A stretch of 31,288 nucleotides of DNA from Trypethelium eluteriae (lineage: Eukaryota), in contig JAVECL010000026.1 in assembly GCA_051942245.1 (NCBI GenBank), forward strand, positions 62,001-93,288, in the 5' to 3' direction. Under the pieces are notes generated by a model that was given only the letters and a program-made list of their open reading frames with translations, had not been told where the DNA came from and ran no database searches. The translations under genes and the position numbers were made by a program. Every line of letters starts with the position of its first letter. Positions within the stretch are counted from its first letter, which is position 1. Shown here in pieces: positions 1 through 11,520 of the stretch.

Positions 1-405
1 CCCTCCACCTCGCGCTACATGTCCAGCTTTAGCCCCGCGTACGACGCGACGGCTGCGAGCTCGCACGGTGGCGGCGGCTTACTGAACGCGGTTCCGGGTG
101 GGCTCGCCATGCTGCTCGTGAATGCGGTGACGCAGCTGGCGTGTATCAGCGGGGTGAACCTGCTGAGCGCGAAGTCGAGTGCGGTGACGGTGACGATTGT
201 GCTGAATATCCGGAAGCTGGTCAGCTTCATGCTGAGCATCTGGTTGTTTGGGAACCCGTTGAGTCTGAAGATGCTGGCCGGAGCGGTGTTGGTGTTTGGA
301 TCTGGCGCGTTGTATGGGTGGGAGACGACGGTGGGGATCCGGCTGAGAGAGGAGAGGGCAAGGAAACGGGGGGAGGAGGAGACGGTGGAGCCGAAGCGGT
401 TTTGA
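1..405 (+). CDS. YEA4: UAA-family nucleotide-sugar transporter (Yea4/SLC35B4-like), 3' part; truncated at window start
   Basis: Frame is open from base 1. The hydrophobic C-terminal segment NAVTQLACISGVNLLSAKSSAVTVTIVLNIRKLVSFMLSIWLFGN matches the Yea4/SLC35B4 signature. Stop TGA at 403-405. Confidence 0.85.
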   Translation, partial: PSTSRYMSSFSPAYDATAASSHGGGGLLNAVPGGLAMLLVNAVTQLACISGVNLLSAKSSAVTVTIVLNIRKLVSFMLSIWLFGNPLSLKMLAGAVLVFGSGALYGWETTVGIRLREERARKRGEEETVEPKRF

Positions 406-411
406 AAAAGA

Positions 412-442
412 GGGATAGGGATGGGATGGGATGGGATGGGAT
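412..442 (+). repeat. (GGGAT)n pentanucleotide tandem repeat in 3' UTR
   Basis: gggata followed by five gggat units, just after the transporter stop codon. Confidence 0.85.
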
Positions 443-661
443 AGAGGTGGCATAGACGAGGGCATGGGTGAAGGGATTCGGCGTGCGGGATCTTGTACCG
501 TTTGCACGAGCGGCGTTCGAATTGGATCGTTTCGTTTAGTCAATGTTTTACAAAGGGTATTGACTCCATTGCAGGTGCAAAATACCTCGAATGCTATTTT
601 ACTGTACAGCAGAAAACAAACATACAGAGCGCTCTAGACACCACTTCCTCTTCGAGATTTT

Positions 662-2868
662 CTAATACGTTCGCTTGAAGGGGGGAACAGCCTTGCACTC
701 GTTCTCATCTAGGGTATGGCCCACGACTCCACGGTACCCAATATCCACGTTCGAATGTGGCTCCTTTTGCCATGTGAGAGTATGTTTCATCCAGTGGTCA
801 TCGTCACGCTCGGGGAAGTCTTCACGGGCGTGTGCGCCGCGAGACTCCTTTCGGTTTGCAGCTGCTTCAGCGGTTTGTACCCTTTGATGCAAATTAGCCT
901 CCGTGCTCTCAGGAAATAGATTCGGATTGTAACACTTACGCGCATGTGAGAAGATTCCGTAGCTCCAAGGTCTCAACGAGATCGGAGTTCCAAATCATAC
1001 TTCGGTCCTTGGTTCCAACCTGACTGAATGTCTGATCAACATCCCTCATCTTCTTCACTCCCTCATCCAAACTCTCTTGCGTACGGAACACGCTGACATC
1101 GGTCTGCATGACCTTTTGCATGGCAGCGCGGATTTCGCTCGTCGACTTCGGTCCATCCGCTGTTCGCAATTCGTCAATGACCGAGATGGCGTCGGCGCCT
1201 GCGTCCGCTCCGATCTCCTTATGCGTCTCTCCTGGCGAGAAGTTGTCGCGAATCGTGTGCGAGACGGCGCGACCAAAGACGACCAGGTCAAGAAGCGAGT
1301 TCGCTCCCAACCGATTTGCGCCATGAACTGACACACATGCCGCTTCACCACAAGCGAAGAGACCGGGAACGACTTTGTCCTGACCCTTCTCATCGACGGT
1401 GAGCACCTCTCCGGTGTACTTGGTTGGAATACCACCCATGTTGTAGTGCACAGTCGGTAGGACTGGAATGGGTTGCTTGCGGACGTCCACACCGGCGAAG
1501 ATTGAGGCTGTCTCAGAAATACCTGGAAGACGGTCGTGCAGAACTTCAGGCGGGAGATGGCTGAGTTGTAGGTAGATATGGTCTTTGTCTGGACCAACAC
1601 CGCGGCCCTCTCGGATCTCCATCGTCATTGATCGGGATACGACATCCCGACTAGCAAGATCTTTTGCGGTAGGTGCGTATCTCTCCATGAATCGCTCGCC
1701 TTCGGAGTTGAGGAGGTATCCGCCCTCGCCTCTGGATCCCTCAGTTATCAGGCAGCCAGCGCCATAGATACCCGTGGGGTGAAATTGAACAAATTCAAGG
1801 TCCTGGTTTGGCAAGCCGGCGCGAGCAACCATAGCCATCCCGTCTCCGGTACAGGTGTGAGCAGAAGTACAGCTGAAATAGGCGCGGCCATATCCTCCCG
1901 TTGCAAGTACAGTGTTGTGTGCGCGGAATCGGTGTAATGTTCCATCTTCTTGATTGTATGCAATGACACCCTTGCACTGGCCGTCCTCCATAATCAGATC
2001 AGTCGCGAAGAACTCAATGAAGTAGTTCGTGTTGTGCCGTAGAGATTGACCGTAGAGTGTGTGTAGTAGAGCATGGCCTGTCCTGTCAGCGGCAGCACAG
2101 CATCGATATGCCTGGCCTCCTTTGCCGTATTTCTGTGACTGTCCACCGAATGCTCGTTGATAACTGGGACGTCGTTAGCGTACTCGTCCACTTTCTTTCT
2201 TTCCTAGCCTTACATTCTTCCGTCCTCGGTACGGGAGAAAGGGCAACCGTAGTTCTCCAATTCGATAACACTTTGCGGAGCTTCTCTTGTCATGTAATGG
2301 ATCGCATCTTGATCTCCTAACCAGTCAGAGCCTTTGACGGTATCGTACATGTGCCATCGCCAGTCATCCTCGTGCATGCTGTGATCTTCCATTTAGCGTC
2401 GCGGTTCTTCGAGGTATATGCTTGGTAGGACTTACTTTCCAAGCGCAGCATTGATACCACCTTGTGCGGCTACCGTATGAGACCTGGTCGGAAACAACTT
2501 CGATATACAAGCAGTGTTGAAGCCAGCTTCCGCGAGCCCAAAGGCAGCACGCAGGCCAGAGCCTCCTGCTCCGACAACAAGAGCGTCGTACTCATGGTCG
2601 ACAACTGGATATTTATTACTAATATGGGAGGACACTTCTTTTGCTCGAAGGGGCTGGTTGGCGATAATACGAGAAACAGGTTTCGTGGATGAGAAGGCCC
2701 GATGTTGTGGTCGTAGAGTCCTCGATAGCTAATATGTGTTGACATTAGCGTTGCGCTGATTGGACAGGACTTGCTTCTACACATGCCCGCACCATTGACG
2801 ACAAGTCGGAAGGTGTTGGCACATACCTTGGAGGCAGAGATGAAGTGCCGTAAGCCCAGAGAAGACAT
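662..2868 (-). CDS. SDH1: Succinate dehydrogenase flavoprotein subunit, mitochondrial (647 aa)
   Basis: Exons 2868-2827, 2728-2436, 2378-2214, 2163-940, 881-662 total 1944 nt; all introns GT-AG. Motifs: GAGGSG FAD-binding, [10 protein letters not shown] (covalent FAD His), [30 protein letters not shown]-terminus looks like a mitochondrial presequence. Confidence 0.97.
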
Positions 2869-3299
2869 TGTACTTGGCAGCCACCAGACAGGCCAGGGGA
2901 CGGGCGAGGAAAAAGTCTGGCTATGCGGAGCAGGGAATGAAAAGTAATTGCCCGGAGAGAATGAAAGTAGAGAAGGATGTAAAGATGGTGCACTGAGGTA
3001 ATAGATCGTTAGAGGGGCGCGGCCGAGGTCCTGCAGGCAGGGGACAAAAGTCTAGGCCGATATTAACGTCCCGTCTTCTCCGAGATCTGCCCACTTTCGC
3101 CGATACATGTATCTTTTAATGTTTTAATAATATGTAATTGCCACCATGTGTGCACTAGAATGTAAACCGGTTTAGCATTTCCATTGAACGACACCCGTGA
3201 GGCCAGTCCCTCTTCCTCTACTAATGGTAGCTCTATAGAATACAATACAAAGTAGGTAGGTATGTTCCACGCAACTGCAAAAGGCCAACCCTCCATCGC

Positions 3300-4853
3300 T
3301 CAATTGTACTGCATGTACGTCGCTGTGGAGTTGAACTTGAGGTTGCCTTTGATGACCTTGTCCACCGCTGACAAGAAATCCTTTTCGGTGGCAACCTTTC
3401 TTCGTGCCCGGATGGCGAACATGCCCGCTTCAGTTGCCACACTCCTAAGTTCAGCTCCTGTTGCATTTGGACATAATCTTGAAATGAGCTCCCATCGGAT
3501 ATCTCGCTCAACTGACATACTCTTTGCGTGAATTCGAAGGATATTTGCTCGGCCTTCCATATCTGGTAGTGAGAACTCAATCTTACGGTCGATCCGTCCA
3601 GGACGCATGAGGGCAGGATCCAGAGTTGACGGCCGATTTGTTGCGAACATGACTTTGATGTTTCCTCTTGAGTCAAAACCATCAAGTTGTGTAATAAGTT
3701 CCAGCATGGTTCGTTGAACTTCATTATCGCCTCCTGCACCATCATCAAACCGAGCACCACCAACGGCATCGATTTCATCGAAGAAAATGATGCAGGCTTT
3801 CTTGGTCCGTGCCATCTCGAACAATTCTCGTACCATCCTTGCTCCTTCTCCTACGTATTTCTGGACAAGCTCACTCCCAATGACTCGAATGAACGTTGCA
3901 TCTGTTCGATTTGCCACAGCCCTCGCACAGAGCGTCTTACCAGTCCCGGGAGGTCCATAGAGAAGAGCACCCTTAGGAGGGTCTATGCCAAGGTTGACGA
4001 ACCGTTCTGGAGAAAGGAGGGGCATCTCAACCACTTCTCGTAATTTTTCAATTTGTTCCTTGCAACCGCCGACATCTCCGTACGTTACATCAGGTTTATC
4101 CTCCACCGTCATCATTGTGACACTCGGGTCGATCTTTGGAGGTAGGGGTAGAAGGATCTGATACTTATTCCGATCGACACTGCCTTATGTATCAGAGCTG
4201 AAGCATCATGATCTGAGCTGAAGCGCGTAACTCACCCGACTCGCATTCCCTCCTCAATATCTGTTGGACTTACTCTCTCGCCTAATTTCACGACGAACTT
4301 GGCTATTTGCTTGACGTTGATGACGTATTTGCTCTTTTCGGTGTCCTTATCGTCCTGAATGATCTTTGTGCATCGTGCCACCTGCAAAGGCTGCTCTTCT
4401 TGCATCCGTTGTCTGTCCGCAGCGACATCCCATAGATGTGGTGGTGCTAGCCCTGTGTCTGATTCCTAGGATTTCTCTGTAAGTATGGCGCGGAAGAGGC
4501 GGATCAAGGGACTCGTAATACCTTTACACCTATGATCAAATCATCATCAGCACTTTTGAGAGGACGATGTATCGGCATGATCAGTAGAATACAACTCACC
4601 TATCTTCTCGTTGACGCTAGTCTGCTTGTCCTTAATCTCCTTCTCGAGCCTCTTCAGGGCAGCCGCGTACGGAGCAGCGCCATAGGTCTTCAGGACTTGG
4701 ATATCCCTAGAGCAGCTTTAGAAACGTATCGCACATCGCGTCCCACTTGCTAACATACTCATCTGAAAGAGGTGTTATCTTTTTCTCTGGCTCCTCATCG
4801 TCTGCGTACGTCTTCTGGTACTTTTCCCAGTTCTGTCCAGTGGCACTGGGCAT
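3300..4853 (-). CDS. RPT1: 26S proteasome regulatory AAA-ATPase subunit Rpt1/PSMC2 (439 aa)
   Basis: Exons 4853-4759, 4706-4600, 4529-4522, 4465-4236, 4179-3300 total 1320 nt. Motifs: [16 protein letters not shown], Walker A GPPGTGKT, Walker [18 protein letters not shown]-terminal YMQYN. Confidence 0.97.
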
Positions 4854-5209
4854 GGCTGACGGTGGCGGTGAAGGATCAAAGCAAACGCTTGTGGGTACTT
4901 TGGGGCAATTTTTGGACTCGAGCGTCGGATGTGCGAAGGTGACAGGGAATGGAACGGGTTGGTCGTGCTATGTTGGCAGATGTGAATGGTGATAGAACGA
5001 AGTTAAGTCAAAGTCGATGCGGATGTCATCTCCAAGCACCGCAGGTGGCCCAAGCTTCGTGATGCTCGCAGGCAGAACGCGCCGCGTCGTAGAATTCTTA
5101 AATCCATGATCTTTCTTGCTCACTGCATAGTCTCTTCAACGAAACACTACTTCTTTCAATTCTCAGCTGTTGACCAAGAACATAGCCGTCCAGTCTATCT
5201 CCTGCAATT
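4854..5209. promoter_or_regulatory. Short divergent (probably bidirectional) promoter between RPT1 and CCT4, with PACE-like GGTGGC cores
   Basis: 356 bp separate the two ATGs. GGTGGC occurs at 4861-4866 and 5044-5049; this is the core of the Rpn4 PACE element, but the full GGTGGCAAA is absent. Confidence 0.45.
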
Positions 5210-7283
5210 ATGGCGGCTGTCCAGGCTGCTCCCAGCGCCGGCAATAATGCCTTCAAAGTATGACGAAAAGTTTCATTGCGCGAGTAACAGGAACTAATTC
5301 CTCTCTAGGACAAAGAAAAGCCTCAAGCGGTACGGACAGCCAACATCGTTGCTGCACGAGGTCAGCATCATCCATCATCTCAAGAGATTTAAAGCTGACA
5401 AAAATCTATGCAGCTGTCGCAGACGCCATAAGAACGGTATGGATCTTTAGAGTTCGTACTCATAGCATCTGGTACTAAGACATATTCTACAGTCTCTAGG
5501 ACCCAGGGGTATGGACAAAATGGTGAGACTTTCTGCCAAAGCTTCTCTCCAGTTCTCGCTAACATCATTAGATACAAACGGGTAAAGGCGAGACGATCAT
5601 AGTAAGGGCAATGCTCCTTCATCTTAGAATATCTCCATCTCACGCATTCCAGACGAACGACGGCAATACTATGTTGAAGGACATGAGCGTCATGCACCCG
5701 GCAGCGAAGATGTTGGTTGACCTGGCGAACGCTCAGGATATCGAAGCAGGAGACGGCACTACTTCCGTCGTTGTCATAGCAGGCAGCCTACTTGGCGCTG
5801 CTGAACGTCTACTTGCAAAGGGTATTCATAACCACGTATAAGATTTGAAACTATCATAAGCTGATTGGGACATATTCAGGCATTCATCCCACTGTCATTT
5901 CGGAATCATTCCAGCGAGCAGCCAATGCCGCCGTCCAAACACTTCACGACATGTCAATACCAATCTCTCTTACTGATCGCGCTACATTACTCAAAGCCGC
6001 TTCCACATCTCTGTCATCCAAAATCGTATCTCAAGAACCGAAACTTGCCCCTATGGCTGTTGATTCCGTGCTGAAGATAATAGATCTGAAAACGGCGGAC
6101 AATGTCGATCTCAAGAACATTAGGATTTTGAAGAAAGTTGGAGGCACGATAGACGACAGCGAGATGGTAGATGGGCTCGTCTTGCAGCAGCAGGCGGTCA
6201 AAAGTGGTGGCGGCCCAGCTCGTATGGAGAAGGCCAGAATTGGTCTAATTCAATTCCAGCTCAGTCCGCCAAAACCAGATGTAAGAAAAGTGACCCCGAG
6301 GATGGACTACTGTCGCTCCGCTGACACAGTAGCTTAGATGGAGAACCAAATAGTGGTGAATGATTACAGACAGATGGACAAAATTCTGAAAGAGGAGCGA
6401 ACATATCTTCTTAACATGGCCAAGAAGATAAAGAAATCGAAATGCAATGTCCTCTTGATCCAGAAATCTATTCTGAGAGATGCTGTCAACGACCTGTCTC
6501 TCCATTACCTCGCCAAACTGAATATACTTGCCGTCAAGGATATTGAGCGAGACGAGGTTGAGTTTATCTGCAGGGTGCGTATCCCGAATCTCAACCACGT
6601 GCAATTTTTAACGTTGTAGCAGAGTACCGGTTGCAAGCCAATAGCGGATATCGATTCTTTTACCGAGGACAAGCTCGGTTCTGCCGATCTCGTCGAAGAA
6701 GTGCAGACCTCCGGAGCGAGAATTGTGAAGGTTACGGGAGTCAAGGCAGCCGCGCAAACCGTCTCTATTGTGTGTCGAGGTGCCAACCCTCTGATCCTCG
6801 ACGAAGCCGAGCGTAGCCTGCACGATGCACACTGCGTAATTAGATGCCTAGTCAAGAAAAGGTACAACGGGTCCTTGAGTATGATTTGAATTTCTAGAAG
6901 CTGACAAAAATATCAGAGCCCTGCTTGCGGGTGGCGGTGCACCAGAAATAGAGATTGCCCAGTCGCTATCCCATCAGTCGCGGTCACTGACAGGGACGGA
7001 GGCGATCTGCTGGAAGGCATTTGCTGATGCCATGGAAGTCATTCCCACCACACTGGCTGAGAACGCAGGCCTTAATTCTATCAAAGTTGTCACAGATCTG
7101 AGACATCGTCATGCTCTGGGAGAGAAGAATGCCGGGGTGAGCATCAAGACCGGGGGCGTCAAGAATAATATCGCGGAAGAAAACGTATTGCAACCACTCC
7201 TGGTGAGCACAAGTGCCATCGAGCTCGCGGCAGAAACCTTGAAGTCAATACTTCGTATCGATGACATCGCATTGTCAAGATGA
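5210..7283 (+). CDS. CCT4: T-complex protein 1 subunit delta (CCT/TRiC chaperonin), 531 aa
   Basis: Exons 5210-5257, 5309-5360, 5414-5436, 5493-5522, 5572-5601, 5653-5821, 5880-6280, 6338-6574, 6623-6861, 6917-7283 total 1596 nt. Motifs: [11 protein letters not shown] (delta-type), [40 protein letters not shown]. Confidence 0.96.
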
Positions 7284-8141
7284 AACATTTTCCGAGGTCC
7301 CCATAGGGCAAGTCGGCTCGAGAAAGTCCATCGTGCCACTTGAAAGATGCCAGCTAGAACATTTCAGCAGGGCGTTCTTAGATGCACGTCGTCACCGGAC
7401 TGACAAAACCTTTGTGCAGCAATGTTTCGGTGGCTTCAATCCTCATATTTTGAGGCTCAAAATACCTAGTAGAATAGCAACGTAAAAGAAGGCTCAAAAT
7501 AGAATTCTGAGGGGCTCCTTGGTTCCTACCATACTGTTGGGCTGGGACAGTCTTTCGCCGCCTGTCGAGAATTGAGTGTTCATTTCCCCCTGCGTACCTA
7601 ATGTACTCGGTACGGAGTAAGCCAGCCCCAATAGTCTAAATAAACTATTTCCCCAACTGGGGAGTTCGCTATAACTTTCCCCAGTCAGGAAACTTCCGTT
7701 CAAGGTCCTTCGTGTAACTTTACCACTGAGCGGCACGTACTCGCAGACAGGGCACAAGGAAGGTGTCATCATTGGGAGGATTTTGATTCATTCCCTGACC
7801 GACCATCTCCTTCTCTCCACCCATGCGCGCTGTCTTGCTTTTCCGCACGATGAAGGAAATCTAAGACCGACCGCGCTGACTGCAGAGGTTAGGATGGGCC
7901 ATGTGCACTGCATCGACCATCACGAGGGAACAGCATCTGGACAATGGACGGAAGGAGGTGCCGGTGACCAATAGAGTTCGCGTCACTCGAAGGTGTAGTG
8001 CTGCGGCCCAGCTTGGCCCTATCTTGGCGCAATCCCGGTAGACGACGGAACAAGGGCCAGGGTCCGCTGTTTTCGACAGGCACAGGACTGTGAGTGGTTG
8101 CTTAAACATTGGAAGATGCGGTGGGTGCAGTGGTTCTTGCG

Positions 8142-8306
8142 GCGGAGATTGCGCAGCTGCCGGTTTCTCCAACGGTGTGAGGCTAAAGCGAGCTTGTTCC
8201 CTTGGCGCCCGCGCTGGGGCCTGGGATTCCCCGCAAGACTCCACAAAAAAATGGCGGCCCGCAAACACCTCCCGTTTTTCGATGCTCTTCGACGCGTCTC
8301 CTCCAC
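8142..8306. promoter_or_regulatory. Cluster of candidate CreA/Cre1 (SYGGRG) sites upstream of the GtaA-family gene
   Basis: GCGGAG 8142-8147, CTGGGG 8214-8219, CCCCGC 8229-8234, CTCCAC 8239-8244, CTCCAC 8301-8306. Confidence 0.35.
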
Positions 8307-8641
8307 ATCATGACTGAGCATGAGTCCCTCTGACTGCTACAGACTCGCCGCTCCGGCTATGTTGAACAACCTCTGCAAGCGCCCATGGCCTGCTGCATGC
8401 TTGTGATCTACTATCGTCGTCCCGTCTCTGTGCTGGGTGCATCCCGTGGCCCCCTTTTATGGCCTTGCGCGTTCTCGACAGAATAGTCTACATTGCACTA
8501 TTGCTTCGATCCCCCTGAGCAGTAGCTCTGTCGTCAGTACGGGGTATTGACTATTAAAATGGACCTTTCCCACTGCTGCTCGCCGCTCAGCCGGCCCGTC
8601 GTTGCTGTAGCTTTTCGGTTTTCTTCACAACGCTCTTTGCC

Positions 8642-11520
8642 ATGTTTTCTTCCTTAGTTGCTCTCTGCCTGGCCAGCTTGGCTACGGCTCAAAATCCCTT
8701 CACTGTCGGTGCAGATGCAAATGTGAGCTATTCTCCTGCTCGGCCGCCAGCGGTGCCACTTGCTGTTCGATCACCATATACCAGCGCTTGGACCTCGACC
8801 TCCGATAATGGCACTTTGAACTCCAACGGCGTCATCTTTTGGACTGGTGCAGCTCTTGGCTGGGAGGGTATCGTGACTGTTGATGGCATTTCGTACGAAT
8901 ATCTTGGAACTGGCTCACAAACTCTGCCTACTCTTCCGAACCTTCGCTCTGCTACGCCTATGCATGTCAGTTATGATTCGCAGTATTCCAACTTTACCTT
9001 TGCGGCTGGTCCCCTTCTCGTGACTGCAAGCTTTTTGTCGCCGGTTCTCCCGCTCGACTACTGCCGGACTAGCATTCCTCTTAGCTATCTGACAACCTCC
9101 TTCGTTTCCACCGATAATGGAACACATAATGTACAATTGTATGGTGACGTCAACGGGGCCTGGATTAGTTTTGATGCCTCTGCAACCATTGAATGGATGC
9201 TCTATCAAGGAGCAACGGCTTTTAATAGCTCTTCGAATGCTACCACTACCAACTCATCGTCAATCTACACCTGGTGGGTTTGAACTCGACAAGCATTGTC
9301 GAGGGTCTCTTTGAGCTAACGCCATAATAGGATCTACCAATTGCAACAACAGTACGAGTATGGAGAGGATTCAGATTTCCCAGAATGGGGTAATTTCTCG
9401 TTTAGCACAAGCCCAGGGGGTGCCAGGAGCTTTGGCTACCAGAGTGGTTACTCAGTAGACTTGATTTACAACTACGTCAACAACCGCCAGCTCGCAGACA
9501 CCGTGGACCCCAACTATCGGCCATCCGGAACCATGGACCCTGTCTTCGCCTTCACCCATGACTTCGGCTCTGTGACCTCCGGAAGTGTACTGTATACTCT
9601 TGGCTCGATTCAGACTCCCATCATCAATTACCTCACTCCCCAGGGCCTCCAGGGTCTACAACCTTGGTGGACTCGATGCTACGGTGGGATTTTCGACATG
9701 ATCGATTTCCATTATAACGACTTTGCGACGAGCTCTTCGATGGCCTATGATTTCGAAACTCAGCTCAAGTCTGATGTGGATGCTTACTACAGTGCAGAGG
9801 GTGCCATGGTCTACAGCAACAGCTCTGTATCTCCAGCGCCGGTTTACTCCAATGGAAGCGAAGGCTTCGCCAGTGGTGTGGACCAATTCGGCAACCCGTA
9901 CATCTTTGATCCCAATACTGCCTACGGTTTCCTTGACCCGAACAACTTTAGTGGAATTGCCATCCCCGATGTCTCCGAGGCTGAATCTTACTACTCTATC
10001 GTTGCCTTGTCCGCACGACAGGTAATGGGAGCATACGTACTTACTGTGCCGTCGACTAACACCTGTCAAAACTCGACTGTCAACCAATCCGAACCCCTCA
10101 TGTTCCAGAAGGAAATCTCCTCAGATGGCAATGTCAACACCGTGGATGTCATGTTCCCTGCCATGCCGTGGTTCTTGTACGCCAACCCAGAGCTTCTCCG
10201 ATTCAATCTGGAGCCACTGTACCAGAACCAGGAAGACGGTTTCTACCCCAATGGATATTCCATGCATGATCTCGGATCAGCTTTTCCAAACGCCACTGGA
10301 CATGTCGAGGGCAATGACGAATATCAGCCAGTTGAAGAGTCCGGCAACATGTTGATCATGACTTATGCATACTACAAATTTTCCGGCAATTCCGCATTCC
10401 TTGAGCAGCACTATGATATTCTCACTCGTTGGGCAAGCTACTTGATTGAATTCTCACTGATACCAGGTCTGCAAGTGAGCACAGGTATGTTACCTCGTTC
10501 ATGATTAATGATGAGAAGCTAATAGTGGTTTCACTAGATGACTTTGCTGGTGCACTTGCCAACCAGACAAATCTTGCCATCAAGGGCATTGTCGGACTCC
10601 AATCCATTTCTCTCATCGCCAGGACGATTGGGAACGAAGCTGATGCTGCAAACTATGCCGGGATTGCGTCCAGCTACTACGACCAGTGGGAGTACCTTGC
10701 TGTCGAGTAAGTGCTATACTGCTTCCGATACTATGCAAAGCCACCACTAATGCACACTCCAGTCCTAGCAGGACTCATACTCTTCTGGGGTACGAATGGC
10801 GGTCAAGCTGGGGACTACTCTACAACATCTATCCAGACAAGCTTCTCAATCTCGGTAAGGAGTCAAGAGTCACAATTCATAAAAATAAGATCTGACCCTG
10901 CTATCATAGGCATCATTTCCGAAGAGATCTTTGAGATGCAGTCTAATTGGTACCCACAAGTATCTCAAGTCTTCGGCGTCCCACTCGACAGCCGTCATTC
11001 CGAGACCAAGAGCGACTGGCAGCTCTGGACTGCCGCCTACTGCGCCCCCTCCACCCGCCGTCTTTTTGTCAATGCCATCGCCTACTGGCTTAACTACACC
11101 AGCACCAACCTCCCCTTAACCGATCTTTATGAGACCATCGACGACGGTAGCTACCCTGTCAGCCCCAGCGTCGTCACCTTCATCGCCCGCCCCGTCGTCG
11201 GCGGCCACTTCAGTCTGCTCGCTCTCCTCAAGACGGGCGACAACAGCCAGACTGGTACGGCGTTGAACTCGACGTTCCCAGCCAACTCCACCAGTGCCTT
11301 GAGCGAGAGCGGTGCCGCAGGCTCCATGTACTCGACCGACATCCAGCAGGCGACTGCATCGGGCTTCTCGATGCAGAGCATGGATCATCTTAGCGCGACG
11401 GTGCAGGGGCCGCAGTTCACGTCGATCAATACGGCGACGGGGACAACGACCGAGGCCATTAACGGGCCGGCGAGGTATACGGGTGTACCGAAGGAGAAGA
11501 GGGGGACTTTTCATAAGTAG
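8642..11520 (+). CDS. gtaA: Secreted 'glutaminase A' (GtaA-like; DUF5127/DUF4965/DUF1793 family), 885 aa
   Basis: Exons 8642-9273, 9331-10484, 10538-10706, 10763-10854, 10910-11520 total 2658 nt. Signal peptide MFSSLVALCLASLATA. Family motifs: ARPPAVPLAVRSPY, KEISSDGNVNTVDV, HDLG, PVEESGNM, STDDFAG, QTNLAIKGI, ARPVVGGHF. Confidence 0.9.

Noticed and set aside
2729..2826. Possible microexon or stwintron in SDH1 intron 1 (internal TAG followed by AAGCAAGT)
   Set aside because: No branch site precedes the internal AG, and the single-intron model already gives an in-frame, normal-length protein.
7290..8640. Long intergenic region with several 60-135 aa ORFs and a small CCCCAACTGGGG palindrome; considered as ncRNA or hidden gene
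   Set aside because: No tRNA cloverleaf, snoRNA boxes, telomerase template or coding-like pattern recognised; treated as 3' UTR plus promoter. An Rfam scan would be the decisive test.
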